DNA of 63,998 nt, filler included, from Rhizaria sp. SCN 62-66 (taxonomy: Eukaryota), in assembly GCA_001724265.1 (NCBI GenBank). It is 4 parts of 4 records of this genome, joined end to end, with 100 filler letters (N's around TTAATTAATTAA, not from the genome) between each part and the next. Parts side by side here need not be neighbours in the genome. Positions count along the whole stretch, not along the records: positions 39,534 to 52,853 come from MEDY01000526.1; positions 52,954 to 63,998 come from MEDY01000553.1; 2 more parts are not named here. One strand, given 5' to 3'. The position numbers and the translations under genes are program-made. The notes below the pieces were generated by a model. The model worked only from the letters and a program-made list of their open reading frames with translations. It did not search any database and was not told the DNA's origin. This document shows, piece after piece, positions 46,007 through 59,600 of the stretch; the stretch's first letter is position 1; each line of letters starts with the position of its first letter.

Positions 46007-49000
46007 CGGCGCGGGGGGGCACAGACTGCTGCTGCTGCTGCTGATACTGCTGCTGATACTGCTGCTGAGACTGCGGGGGCGGCGGCGCCGGCCGGGAGCC
46101 AGCGGAGGCGGCGCCCGCGGCGGCGGCCGAGCGGCGGGCGTGCGCGCGCGCCTGCGCCTGCGCGAAAGCTTGCTCCTCGCGGGCCCGCGCCGCGCGTCGC
46201 TGCCGCTCGCGCTCCTGCTCGGCGGCCGCGGCGGCCGCGGCGGCGCGCCGCTGCCGCTCCTGCTCTGCCGCCACCGCTGCGGCCGCCGCCGACTGAGGCT
46301 GTTGCTGCTGCGGCGGCGGCTGCGGCTGCGGTGGAGGCGGGCGCCGCTGAGGCTGAGGCTGCTGCTGTTGCTGTTGCTGCTGTTGAGCGCCAGAAGGCTG
46401 CCTCGCACTTGTGCTCCCATTCCCCGCACTGCTACTGGAGCTAGAGCTAGAGCCGCTGGCGCTGCTGCTGCCGCTCGCGCTCGCGGGATTGCTGTAGGCG
46501 TGCCTGAGCGCGCGCTCGAAGTCAGCGCGCTCGACGAGGCCCAGCACAGAGACGCCGAGGCGCGCGCACTCGCGCCGCAGGTCCGCCGCCGAGAGGCCCG
46601 CCAGCCGCGCGTCCAGCGCGGACTGGGCGCCGCTGGAGCTGGAGGGGCCGCCGCTCTTGGCGCGGGCGCTAGAGCTGGAGCTGGAGTTGCTGTTGTTGGC
46701 GTATGCGTCATAGCTGCCACTGCCGTTGCCGTTGTTGCTGCTGTTGCTGCTGCTGGTGGGATTGTTGTAGGCCTTGCCGGGGGTGGGCGCGATGGACTGC
46801 TTGCCCGCGTTGACGAACGCGTAGCCGGCCGATGCGCGCCCGCCGCCCAGCTGGGACTGCTCAGCCTGCTGAGACTGAGGCTGCGGCTGGGGCTGGGGCT
46901 GGACAGACGCCGACGCCGCCCCTGCCTGGCTAGAGCCAGAGCTTGAGCTCCTGCCGTTAGTCTGCGCTGGCGCTGGCGGCGGCGGGGGCGACGAGTCGAT
47001 TTTCCGGAACCTGCTGTCCATCTCGGCCTTTAGCGCGAGCAGCGCGCGCTTGGCCTCATCGAGCCGCTCCGGCAGCACGACCTCGCCCGTCGCGGCGCGC
47101 AGGCCGCCCGCGCGCGCGCCGGAGGCCGCGGCCGCAGCGGCGGCGGGGCCAGCGGCGGCGGCGGGGGCGGCGGGGGACGCGCCGGCGGAGGCGTCGCCGG
47201 ACCCGGGGGGCGGGCTGCTGCCGCTGGAGGGCTGCTGCTGCTGCTGGGGCTGCTGTTGCTGTTGTTGCAACTGGGCGCCGCTGCCGGTACTACTGCTCGA
47301 CGCGGGCTTCCGCTCCGGGATCACCATCTTGCTGACGTCGATGTTAAGCCGCCTCGCCAGCCCACCGCCGCTGCTGGAGCCAGAGGCCTTGTTAGACTTG
47401 GCCTCACTCTCGGCCGCTGCCGATGTCGCCGCCGTCGCCGCCGCTGCTGCCGCCGCCTCTGCGGCCGCCTTGGCTTCGGCCTCGGCCTTGGCCTTGGCCT
47501 CGAGCTTGGCCAGCGCGAGCGCGCGGCCCTGACGCACCCATTCGGGCTCGGCCGACCGGCGCGCGGCCAGCTCGGCCGCCGTTGGCTGCCGCGGTGGCGC
47601 CACGGGGCTGCCGTCGCCGCTGCCGCTGAGGCTGTCAAAGCGTGGCTGCGGCTGCGGAGGCTGAAGCTGGGGCTGAGGCTGGGGCTGAGGCTGGGGGGCC
47701 TTGGCAGCGGGGGCCTTGGCAGCAGGCAACTGGGCCTCAGGCTGAGGCTGAGCCTGAGACTGAGGCTTCTGCTGCTGCTGCTCAGGTCTGCTGCCGCTGT
47801 TGGTGAAGCCGCGGGCCATGCGCTGCGCGGACTCAGTCTCGTTGATGTGAGCCCAGAAGCGCGCCACATTCGACAGCTTCTCGCTCCCGCCGCCCAGCTC
47901 GGCGCCCCCAGTGCCACCGCCGCCAGCGCCGTTCGCCGCGGCCGCGGCCGCGGCCGCAGCACCGGCAGAGCCGGTGTAAGCGGCGTCCGCAGGCGCGGGC
48001 AGCGGCGCCTGCTGCTTGAGCTGGAGCCTGGCGAGTTGCTGCGTGCGCGCCTCCTGCGCGCGCTGCTCGCGCTCGCGCTCCAGCGCCCGCTCCAGCGCGC
48101 GCTCCAGCGCGCGCTGCTGCCGCTGCTGCTGCCGCAGAGCCTCCGCCTCCGCCTCAGTCTGGGCCTGGGCCTCGGTCGCCGCAGCAGCCGACGTCGCAGC
48201 AGCCGCCGTCGCAGGCGCTTTAGCGTTGGCGCCCGCGCCCGCGCCCAAGCCGTATGCGGTGCCGACAACAGCGGCGTTGCCGTTGCGACTAAAGCCGGTG
48301 TTGCTGCTACTGTTGTTGCTGTAGCTCTGCCCCTCGTAGTCCGGCCGCGGCTGCGACACCGCCACCAGCGACGGCGGCCCCACCGGCCCAAGCCGGCTTT
48401 GGCCCCCGGCCCCCGCGGCCGCGCCAGCAGCCATTGCGGCGGTCGCGGCGGGGCTGAGGAGGTCCGAGTCGTCGGTTACGGCCTCGAAGAAGGCCGAGAG
48501 GTTGCCCACGTTGAGCGAGAGCCGCCGCTGCTGCGCGCGCAGCCTCGCAGCTCCACCCCCGCCAGCGCCGCCGCCGGGGGACTGGGCGGCCTCGGCGGCG
48601 GCCGCGGCGGCGGCCGCGGCAGCCAGCGCGCCCGCGCCCGCAGCAACTGTGCCTGTGTTGTTACTGCCGTTGCCAATGTTGTTGTTGATGCTGCTCGATG
48701 GAACCCGGTGCAACACGTGGACTGCACTCTGCTGCTGCTGATGCTGTTGCTGCTGCTGCTGCTGCTGCTGCTGATGCTGCGGCTGATGCAATACATACTG
48801 ACCCTGCTGTTGCTGCTGTGTAAACGAGTCCAGCATGGCCCTGGACCCCGGGATCGCCGTCACCACTGGCTTAGACGGCTGCGCCTGCTGCGCTTGATAG
48901 GCCGAGCTCGAGGCCGCTGAGCTAGAGCTCGCGTTCGCGTTGTTGTTGTTATACCGGTGCATCGCGTACCCCCCGTTGTAGCTGTAGTCGGCACCCGTCG

Positions 49001-49463
49001 GTAGCACGACGCCCGCGCCCGCGCCCGCGCCCGCCGCCGCCGAGACCGAGGCCGAGACGGAAGACTGCGACGACGCGCCCGACGCCACGCTCGCGCCGTA
49101 CGCGGCGCCGTACGCGGCACCGGTGGCGGCGGCGGTGGGCGGCGCAGCCGCGTGCGCCGCAGCCGTCGCAGCAGCGCCAGCGCCAGCGCCAGTGCCAGCG
49201 CCAGCGCCGTAGGCGGCGCTGTAGGCGGCCAAAGGGACGGGCGCAACGAGGCCGAGCGGGCGCGCGTCAGGCAGCACACCGTAGGCCGCGTAGGGCGCCG
49301 CGCCGCCGCCCAGAGATGCGCCGGAGCCGCCGCGGGGCAGCGCGGGCGCGGACACGCTCGCGGAGGAAGATGACGATGACGATCCGGGTGCTGGCGCGGG
49401 CGCGGGACGCGCGGGGACGGGGGCCGGCTGGTAAGGGCCGCCACCGCCACCGAAGCTGCTCAT
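45651..49463 (-). CDS. Auxilin/Swa2-like protein with C-terminal J domain (~1270 aa)
   Basis: Starts MSSFGGGG at 49463; long disordered body; helix-extension-helix-like LSAADLRRECARLGVSVLGLVERADFE; terminal VTAWARNK..VTKAYRKACLLIHPDKH..ATEMFKAMNSAY. Confidence 0.8.
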
Positions 49464-50326
49464 TGTGGTACGTAACAGAGTTAAAATGTATAGGAAAAGA
49501 TTTTTTTCGTATAAAAACGCGGCAGTAGCTTTGGGGCAAGAATATAGCGCAAGAAAGCGAGACACAGTGTGAGCATAGAGAGTGGGAGAACGTGAGGTCA
49601 AAACACGAGGTGATGATTGTGGGTGAGTGGAAAACGAGACATTCTGCAGCAAATACAGCACTTAGCAAAAAGATGCGTAAATATAATAGAAATGCGTGGT
49701 GCTTATAATCAGAAAGTATGTTTCTATTCTGAAATTACGGACATGCACGGAACTAGAGCGCACGCGCCACACCTGCCCCTCTCAAGCCAATCTAACCGTT
49801 GTTCGTTGGCACTCGTTTCGCTGTGAAGTGCAGTGTGACAGCGGCGCACTACCGTAACGATATCTGCGCAAGACAGCTCGTTACATAATAAAATTCGTTC
49901 TAATTAAGATTCACTGAAATGTTTTTCAAGTTATATTGTTGTGTGTGTTCGCAGAGTCCGTATATAGTCTGTGTATTCGTTCGTCGGCGTCGCGCCCTGC
50001 GGCTACGGCTGCGGCAGTGGCGGCGCCCCTTGTCTCTCAATCGATCGTCCCCGGATGCTTTAAGTGGTATATAAACGTGTCATCTTCTCGTGATAGTTGT
50101 TTGTTTACGTGCGTGTTACCATATATCCCACATTGCGTCGCTACAACTTTTTCGTTGCATGTTGTCTGTCTCAAGTCGTCAAAAACTCGCGACACTTCTC
50201 AACTTGTACAGTTCAAAGCAAAGAACGTCATATGTTTTGTGCGTTTTTGTCTTTAGCATTCTAACCTCATCTTCATTTAGTCGCTATTCCGCGTTATCCG
50301 CGCTCTAAATGCGCTTCGTAGTGCGC

Positions 50327-51130
50327 TTAGTAGGCGAGGTACTTGACGTGGCGCAGGTGGGCCGGGATGAGCTTCTGCGGCGGCTGGTGGGTCGCGATTC
50401 CGCCCGGCAGCGGCGCCGAGTCGAGCTGCTGCATCTGGCGGCGGAAGAGCGGCCGTGCGCGGTCCCCGGCCTCGAGCTCGCGGATCGAGCGCTGCTGGCC
50501 CTCGTTGTGGGCCTCGAGCTGGGCGGCCGAGAAGGCGCCGAAGGTGGTGCCGAAGGTGTCGCGCGCCTGGGGCACGTAGCCCGTGTAGCCGGGGATGTGG
50601 CACTGCGTCGAGGGCATCTTGGAGCCGACATAGGTGTCCTGCGACTGCACGAGCGGGATGCCGCGCGTCTTGTGCGGGTCCGAGGGGATGGGCGAGGAGC
50701 AGGCCAGCTCGCGGTAATCGCGTTCGTATGCACGCCGCGTCGAGTCGCCGAAGGTGCGTCCATGCACATGCTGCATGCCGCGCACGTAGCCCGTGTAGCC
50801 GGGCACGCCCGTCTTGCGCGCCGAGAGCTCCGTGACGGGCCCGCGCGCGGCGGCCTCGGCGGCCTCCTCGGCGGGGGACGGGCCAAGCTTGCGCTGCGCC
50901 TTGAGCGCCGCGAACGACGCGTTGGGCTTGAAGATCACGGGGCGGAAGCCCGTGTGGCCGGAGTTCTGCCAGATGTGGTAGCCGGCGGCCTTGACAGCGT
51001 CCGAGGAGCCGGGGACGGCGTCGCCGTACTGGTGCGGGTTAAACGAGTCCGAGATGGTGTAGTTGGGGGCCACCGTCACGGCGCCGGTCAGGTGCTCCTG
51101 CTCCAGCGCGGCTGCGTAAGCGCCAGACAT
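50327..51130 (-). CDS. FAM166/CIMIP2-family ciliary microtubule inner protein
   Basis: Two PGYTGYV repeats each followed by G.TFG (VPGYTGYVRG..HGRTFG; IPGYTGYVP..FGTTFG); ATG at 51130; TAA. Confidence 0.75.
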   Translation of the reverse strand: MSGAYAAALEQEHLTGAVTVAPNYTISDSFNPHQYGDAVPGSSDAVKAAGYHIWQNSGHTGFRPVIFKPNASFAALKAQRKLGPSPAEEAAEAAARGPVTELSARKTGVPGYTGYVRGMQHVHGRTFGDSTRRAYERDYRELACSSPIPSDPHKTRGIPLVQSQDTYVGSKMPSTQCHIPGYTGYVPQARDTFGTTFGAFSAAQLEAHNEGQQRSIRELEAGDRARPLFRRQMQQLDSAPLPGGIATHQPPQKLIPAHLRHVKYLAY

Positions 51131-51723
51131 CGGTCTGCGCGGCCGGTCGGCGAGAGAGCAGTAAATTGGAAAACGATGAAAACAAGCGAGGGTAAGATGA
51201 GCGAGGGTACTGGGAGAGCGGGACATGGTGGGCAGCGTGGAAGAGGGAGTTTCACTTCTTCCAGTCAAACCGGCGAAGGGTCTGGTTTAAGATTGACAAA
51301 GCAACTGAGCGGAAACGACTATAATATACAATAAAATAAAAGTGAAGATATCCTGGGCAAATTGTTGTTTCGCGATTCTACGGACACCTCATCGCTCTGC
51401 AACCAGTTCTTTGGGCAGCCGTTTCCCCCTCGTCTCATCCCTGTCCCAGGTAAGTCAAGCCGCTTCACCGACGGGAGCGCTCTCCGAGTCCACCAGAAGC
51501 GAGCCACTCTTTGACCGAGACCGACACGTTATCGACTCAATATAACGGTATTACAGCGAGACATGGAAATAATAATCGTGTTTTAGTGTATATCAAGGTG
51601 CTAAGTATAATACTTCGAGTTAAATTCATCAATATCTATCATTAACCCGTGCATATCGATCGTAAAGTTGGAAAAATAAGTAAAAAAGTTCTCCACAGGT
51701 AAGAGCGCGATTTGGTCAGTTGT

Positions 51724-52199
51724 TCAGTCGAGGTCGAGATGCGCAAGGTAGTCTGCGTAGACGGCAACCATGCCAAGCGCGTGGGCCTCGCGCAGCCGCA
51801 GCAGCGCAGAGACCTCGGCCACGCGCGCCTGCGCCTCGGACAGGCCCGAGAGATACGCCTCTGTCGCCTGTGATCGTTATAAGAAACAATATAGACAGAA
51901 AAAGGGGGGATATGAAAAATATATCAGCATTCTTAAGATGATACAGTCATATATAGCAACAATACAGTTAAATATCCAAAGCCTCATCGACATTTCACAC
52001 ACAACTTGCGTGAACTCGCACTTCAAGTCACATTGTCGCGCCTCTGCGTTCGTGCGTTCGTATTCAATTGATATCTGTCTTGTCGTACCTGTGTGTGCGC
52101 CTCTGTCTGGTCAAGCAGTGCAGCTAGCTTGGTCAGCAGCCCTACCCCGCCCCTATGACTCTCGCCTGCTGCAGCATTGTCGTTGACAGCACTGTTGTT

Positions 52200-52244
<45 letters not shown>

Positions 52245-52853
52245 CCCGCGCAGCCGGTCCATGGCGGCCGCCTCCTCGGCCTGCCCCAGCCGCAGCTCCC
52301 ACTCAATCACGGCCCGCAGCGCCGCGCTGGCCTCGGCGGAGGAAGACTCTCTGTCGCAGTCGCTGTCGCGGGCGGCCGAGGCTGACGCAGCGTGGTGGGC
52401 TCCCCAGTCGGGGCCGTGTCCGCTATCGTAGGGCTCGTACGAGAGCGCGGTGCCTTGAGAATCTAGCAACGGCACGAGAGAGCTCGGGCTCCTCGGTGAG
52501 TCATTGTTGTTTTGAGAGTTACTCTCCGCGTGTTTCGCGTTGTACACTCTTAAAACCTCCTCGTTCTGCTCCTCTCTGCAGCCACTCCGGCCGTGGCCAA
52601 GACCGCTGCTACCCCTGTTGCTGATGCTGCTGCTACTGCGACCGCTCGCGCTTTCGCAGTAGCCCGCTCTGTCGCCGGCGGCGCCGTCTGTGACCGTGAG
52701 CGCAGAGACCTCGACCTCCCAGCGCGACATCGGCCGGCGCTCGGCCCCCGCGGCGCCCCGAGCTACCGCGGCCGCCGTGGCGCCCGCCTTGCGCAGACCG
52801 CGTCGCGCCTCGGCCTCGCGCCGCCGCAGCGCCGCCGCGCGGCCCGCCAGCCC
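51724..52853 (-). CDS. 3' part of a hypothetical coiled-coil protein; exons <52853-52089, 51867-51724
   Basis: Open frame from the gap; phase-0 GTACGA..CAG intron; last exon ATEAYLSGLSEAQARVAEVSALLRL...AHLDLD-TGA. Confidence 0.7.
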
Positions 52854-52953
52854 NNNNNNNNNNNNNNNNNNNNNNNNNNNNNNNNNNNNNNNNNNNNTTA
52901 ATTAATTAANNNNNNNNNNNNNNNNNNNNNNNNNNNNNNNNNNNNNNNNNNNN
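52854..52953. other. Assembly gap with TTAATTAATTAA linker
   Basis: Same construct as the other two gaps. Confidence 0.97.
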
Positions 52954-53656
52954 ATATAATTCGAATTATATACTGTGTCTCTGATATTATAAATTGTTAT
53001 TGTTGTTTTCACAGAAAAGAGAAGTCTGTGTTCACAGGAAACGCCACCTTTAAATACCCGCCCCGAAACGACCGTGGGTGGTGTTTGTCCCAGTGTGAGC
53101 CTATGAGACTTGGTATTTTATGCTAAATGTCGGTTGTGACACCATTGTACATCCATACGCAACCACATTCAGATATAATAAATGAGAGTCAACTTGAAGC
53201 ACTATACTTAAATGAGTGCGGTTTAAAACTCTATTAACAGTGCGAAATAGGTAACTAAAGCCATCCCCCTCCACATTTTTTTCGGTCCATGATGGCCGCC
53301 CCAAGCAAGCACATGGAGCTGTGATCTCAGCCACAATGCTAATGACTGGGTGTGGACGTACACGAACGTCAGTCAAGTCACTGGTATGATATACCGCAAT
53401 TCACTTAAATCCACGCTAACTCACGACAAAAATAACGCTATTGATAGCCAAACCATAACCTGGGGCCTAGCTTCATTTGACTCAACCGACATCTCTCCAC
53501 GACATCGTCTCCTTTGCGCATTTTCGGCAACCAGATCTTCTTTGGTGCACTCACTAAGCACGACAGTTCATTCTAGGACACACCAAGTGCGAAAAACTCG
53601 TATAACAACTCGATAACTTCAACACAGACCTGGTTCATGGTCCCTGGCTGTTTCCG

Positions 53657-56600
53657 ATGCCGCTGATTGAATATGCCGATATAGACTTGCGGATCCGCTA
53701 CAAGCCGTCCTTGTGGCGCGCTGAGCAAGACATTCACGTGTTGCGTGGTATCACAGGCTTCTTCCGCCCCGGAGGCCTTACAGCTCTGATGGGTGCGTCT
53801 GGGTGTGGCAAGACCACGCTGCTGAATCTCATCGCGGCGCGCATGGACAGCACACCACACACCGTCACTGGCAGTCTGCTCTTCGACGGCCGGCCCGCAT
53901 CCGCGTACCCCGCGCTCTCCCGCCGCATCGCCTACGTCACACAGGGTGATTTTCTTGTTCCGCATCTGACCGTGCGTGAGAGCCTTACATTTGCGGCCGC
54001 CCTGTCACTCCCGCGCTGGCTCAGCGACGCTGAGCGCGCTGCTCGCGTCGACTCGACGCTCGCGGAGCTTGGTCTCCGCGACTGCGCTGACACGCTCATC
54101 GGCGACGGCATGACCATCGGCTGCTCCGGTGGCGAGAAACGTCGCGTGTCGATTGCGCTGCAGCTGTTGACGGACCCCGCCGTGCTGATCCTCGACGAGC
54201 CCACTACGGGGCTAGACACGTTTACGGCGCTCAACATCGTCTCGACACTCGCGCGCCTCGCCGCCGCGCATCCGCGGCTCACGATTATCGTCTCGTTGCA
54301 TCAGCCGCGCGCGGACATCTTTGCGCTGTTCCGCGACGTCACGCTCCTGGCGCGCGGCCGAGTGGTCTACAGTGGCCCACGCGCGCACATGGGACCTTAT
54401 TTCGACACGCTCGGGCTGCCCTGCCCCGCCGGCGCCAATCCCGCGGACCACTACATCGACGTCACGGCCGTTGACTCGCGCACGCTGCACGGCGGCGACC
54501 TTGCGCTGGCCCGCATCGAGGTGCTCGCGCGGCACTGGCGCGCCCACGGCGCCGCCGAGGCCGCCGCGGCCGAGACCTTGCAGCAGCGCCGCGCGCAGGC
54601 TGCGGCCGAGGCTGCAGCGGCCGCGGCGGAGGCCGAGGCCGAGCGCGCGGGGCGGCGCGTGTCGATCCTGTCCTCGCCCGTCACGCGCGGCATTCGGCGC
54701 GCGCGTCTCTCGCGCCTGCGGTCGGGGCTCGACTCGCCCAGCATGGCGGCGCTCCCATCGCCGGCCTGGGGCGCGGCGGGCTCTGCGCTGCGGCAGCCAG
54801 TGCTTGCGCTGGCCGACCCCGCCACCCGCCCGTCGTCGTCGTCGTCTTCGTCGCTGTCCACTGCGGTGACAATGCCGCCGCAGGCTGCCAAGAAGAGTCG
54901 TACTCGCACCAGGTTCGGCAACACTGAGGATGCTGCCAACACCGATGCGGCTGCTGCGGACGCAGTCGCGAGCGATGACGAGGATGAGGGTGAGGATGGC
55001 ACGGACCGCGCTGTTTGCGTTGCGACGATTTCCCCCTCCGCTTCAGAGACAACGACCGCGTCCATCGTCGAGCTGCAAGTCGGCGAGTTTGACGACGCTG
55101 CCGAAGACCGTGCTCACCCTATCATATGGGCGGATAAGCTTGAACACGTGAAGCACGTGCCGCGCGTGAGCCACCACTACCGCTTTGCGGGCAAGCGTCG
55201 CCGTTCTACTGCCAATGGTTCGGGCAACATCTGCTGCAACATGTTACACGCGTTTTTCTGCTGTGACTGCGCGGCTGGTACCGACGCCGACGACAACGAT
55301 GATGATTCGAGAGACGACGAAGACGAGGCACGCATCAACTTCTGCACGCAGGTCTACTATCTCGCGGGGCGCTTTATCAAGGCCGTGTCCCGCGACCGGC
55401 TCACCATCCTCGGCGGTTTCATCCAGGCTCTCGGCCTCTCGCTCTGGCTCGGAATCGTCTTCTTCCAGCTCCCCGGCGACATCGACGGCCTGCGCGCGCG
55501 CACGAGCGTGATGTATCTCTCCTGCACCGTTGCGCCGTACGTCACACTGACCGCGCAGCTCTACATCCAGTTGAAAGAACTTGCCATCTTTGACGCAGAA
55601 CGGCCCTCGCGCCGGTACTCGCCCACTGCCTACCTCACTGCGCGCGCGCTCACGGCCGGACCGACGCTGGGCGTGGCGAGCGCGCTGGCGTCCACCGCGG
55701 TGTACTTGATGGTCGGGCTCTCTCTGTCCCCGCTGGCCACGATGGGGCGCTTCGTGGGCATCAACCTCATCTCGACGCTGTTCGTGACCGCGTTGGCGAC
55801 CTTCAGCGCGGCCGTGTTCCGTTCCTTTGCTACGGCGTCGCTGCTCGCAAACGCCATGTTCACTTGCTTTTGCCTCGGCTCCGGCTTCTTCATCCAAGCC
55901 GATTCGCTGCCTGTGTTCCTGCGTTGGATGCAGTACACGTCGTACATCCACCACATCTTTACCGCGCTCTCCAGCAACGAGTTCTCCAACCGGCTCTACG
56001 ACTGCCCGCTGCGCGACATGGACCCCGACAATCCACTCTGCGATCTCTACCGCGGCAACTTCGTCCTCCGCAAACTGGGCGTCGCCGTCGACAACTGGAC
56101 TGAGCCCGCGTTCACGGCGCTCGCCATGGCCGTCGGCGTGTACCTGCTGGCTATGCTCGTGCTCTCGGTCTGGAAGCCCGGGCCCGCGTTGGCGACGGGC
56201 AAGACCGACGCGCGGGCGCTCGTGTCGACCGCGCTCGCGGCCACTGCGCTCAATCACGAAGACTTCTTCCTGCTGCCGGAGGCCGAGAAGATCAAGAGTG
56301 GCAGCACTGCTTTGACGCGCGTTGGCTCGCAAAACAACACAAGTCCTGTTGAGGGCAACGATAGCCCCGTCGGCAACGGCGGCGGCAACCTTGGCGTCGA
56401 GCCGGTGTCTTCGACTAGCCGCTGCGGCCCGTTCGAACCTGCGGACGCGGCGACCGTGGGTGCGCTGCACCGGGCAGGGATGCGCGCCTACCCCACGCAG
56501 CCGCTGCTGGCCGCGCTCGCCGCCGCGGAGACGCTCGAGGCTGCGGCATCGATGGCCGCCGCGAACAGAGTGAATGCGGCAGTGGACCAGACGGCTGCAG

Positions 56601-59600
56601 GCAGGACTGCGCTGCAGCTGCAGCTGCGTGCAGCGCGTCCCGCGGTGACGGTGACACTGGACCACTACTCGATCAGTGTGCCTGCGCCGGTCGCTGCGCG
56701 CGAGGCCGCAGCAGAGGCTGCCGCGAGCCGCAGCCGCTGGCTTAACGCGCTGCCCTCGTCTGTCCACAACAATGGCAGCACGAGCAGCAGCGGCAGCACC
56801 CGCCCCAGCCAGGCCGGCGGCTTCACTGAGTCCGCGAGCGTCGCGCTGCTGTCTGAGAACGGCGCCAGTAGAGAGCGCGACAGCGATGCCGAGGACGACG
56901 CCAGCCTCAACGCGCTCCTCGCCGTCGCCGCGGGCGCCGACGCCGCGCTGCTGAGCAGTCCGAGCACGCTGGTGCGCGCCGACGCCGTGGCCGCGATGGA
57001 GCACGCCGGTGTGACGCTGGTCGAGCCCGAAGCCGCGGGCGCGGAAGCCACGGCGTACGCGGCGACGGAGGACCGCGTGCAGGGCGATAAGCTCACGCTC
57101 GTGCGCAGCGTCAACGCCGTGTTTCGCCCCGGGGAGCTGTGGGCCGTGCTAGGCGGCTCCGGCTCCGGCAAGAGCACCCTGCTCAGCGGCATCGCGCAGC
57201 GCCTCACGTCGGGCTCGTACAAGCACGACGGCGGCGTTTATTTTAACGGCGCCGAAGCCACGCCCGCGCTCGCGCACGCCGCCGTGGGGCTCGTGGCGCA
57301 ACACGACGCGTTGCTGCCCTCCCTCACGGTGCACGAGACGCTGACCTACGCCGCGCGGCTGCGGCTGCCGAGCGCGGTCTCTGCGCTCGAGATTGCGCGG
57401 CGCGTGGGCGACGTCATCGTCGAGCTGGGGCTGCGCGAATGCGCGCACTCCATCGTCGGCTCGGAGGAGGTGCGCGGCATCAGCGGCGGCGAGAAGCGCC
57501 GTCTGTCGATCGCCGTGCAGCTCGTGACGGACCCCAGTGTGCTGCTGCTGGACGAGCCCACCTCGGGGCTCGATGCCTTCACGGCATGCAACGTTATGCG
57601 CACCGTCCAGCGGCTCGCGCGCAGGGGCCGCACCGTCATCGCGACCGTCCACCAGCCGCGCGCCGACGTCGCCGCGCTCTTTGACTCCGTGCTTGTGCTC
57701 TCCAAGTCGCGCGTCGTCTACGCCGGCCCCGCGCGCGCGCTCGCGCTCTACTTCAGCTCCGTGCCGGCCGTGCTGTGCCCGCTCTGCCCGCCTGGGCTCT
57801 CGCCCGCGGACTGGGTGCTTGATGCGACCTCGGTCGACACACGCAGCGCGCAGGCCTCGCGCGAGTCGCGGCAGCGTGTGCGCGCTTTGGCCCGGATGTT
57901 CGAACTCCGCCGCCGCGCGCTCGAGAATAAGGAACGCGCGCGCTTTGATGTTACAGCTCGCTCGAGCAGCAATGCCAACAACAACGGCGCTACTACGGGT
58001 GCGAACAACGATGGAAGTAATCAGATCTCGAAGCGTGAGAACAAGAACACAAAGACAGACGTTGACGCCGACAGCACTGCCGCTGCCGCCGCGGTCCTCG
58101 ACGCCGTTCCTGGCAGTCTCTCTGCGCGCCTCTTGACGCTGCCCGCGCTCTCGCTCACGCTCGCGGGGTCGTCTGCCAACGCTGGCGCGAGCCCTTGTGC
58201 CAATGCGGCCGACGCTGATGCTGTTGAGGTTGATGCGGAGGCTCTCGCCGCCGCGCTCGTGTCCCCCGTCGCGGTCTCTGCCGCCGACCTGCCCCCGCTG
58301 CTCGGCCCCGCCGGCGCGCCGCTGCCGCCCGCGGCGGCCGCACTCGCCCGCGCCGCCGCCGCGTGGCCCGGCGCCGTAGTGGCGGACCCCGCTGCCGAGG
58401 CCGACGAGCCCGGACACGACTACGCCTCGGTCGTTGCCACCGCGGCTGTCGCGGCCTCGGGCGTCGTGGCGGGCTCTGCGCTCGCCGTCGCCGCGGCCGA
58501 GCGCGCGGAGCGCATCGAAGTGCTGGGCCTCCTGGTTGACCCCGCGGTGGAGCCTGCAAAGCCGGATGCGAGCGAGTCCGCGCTGGCCGTCGGCGGCGCC
58601 GGCGCGGCTGGTGAGGACGACGTGTTCGAGGTGGTCGCGTGCACGCACTGCCGCGTGTTGTACACGGCGACCGCGCTCACTACGCACTGTCCCGCTGCAC
58701 CGCCCGCGCTGCCCGCGACGGCGCTGACGGGCGCCGCGGCTTCGGCGGCCGCGGCCCTGGCTGCAAGCGCGCAGCAGCCCGCGCTGGCGTTGCTGCGCCC
58801 GCTGTGCGGCCTCGACCCAGCGATGGCGACGGCGCTCACGGAGGACTCGCTGCACGCGTTCGCGCGCTTCGCAGTCCCCGCGGCCGCGATGCGCCGCCGC
58901 ACCGAGCTGCTCGCGCGCCAGATCGCGGCCCGCGGCAACGCCGACGATATCGCTGCCGCTGTGCCTAGTGTCTCCACAGCGAACTCCATCGCGCTGAACG
59001 CGGCCGAAACGTCGTTCTCGCGCGCGTCGTTCGACGCACCGTTGCCGTTCAGCCCCGTCGCCATTGCGTTCACCGGCGCCAACGCCAATGCGCCGCACCC
59101 CAGCTCGTCGGCGTCCTCTCTTGTCGCCACAAAGCCCCTCTCGGCCAAGACGCTGCAGCGCCAGCGGCCGCGCGGCGTCGAGCGCGCGGGCTTCTGCAAG
59201 GCGTTCCCAGTGCTGATCCGGCGCTCGTGGGTGAACCTGGCGCGCCAGCCGAACCTGCTGCTGGCGCGCCTATGGCAGATCGTGGCCTTTGGCGGCATGG
59301 TCGCCGCCTTCTTCTGGCAGCTGGGCCGCGACCAGGTGGGGCTCGCGAACCGCATCGGGCTGGTGACCTTCTCGCTCTCGGTCGTTCCCGTCGGCATGCT
59401 TAACGCCGTGGCCATCTTCCCACCCGAGCGCAATGTCTTCTACCGCGAGCGCGACGACGCCGTCTACGGCACCGCGCCCTTCGTCGCGTCCTACCTCTCC
59501 ACGGAGCTATTTTCAGAGATCCTGGGCGTCGTCGCGCTCACCGCCGTCGTCGGCTTCGCCGCCGCGATGGAGTCGGTGACCACTGCGACGGGCTTCTTCA

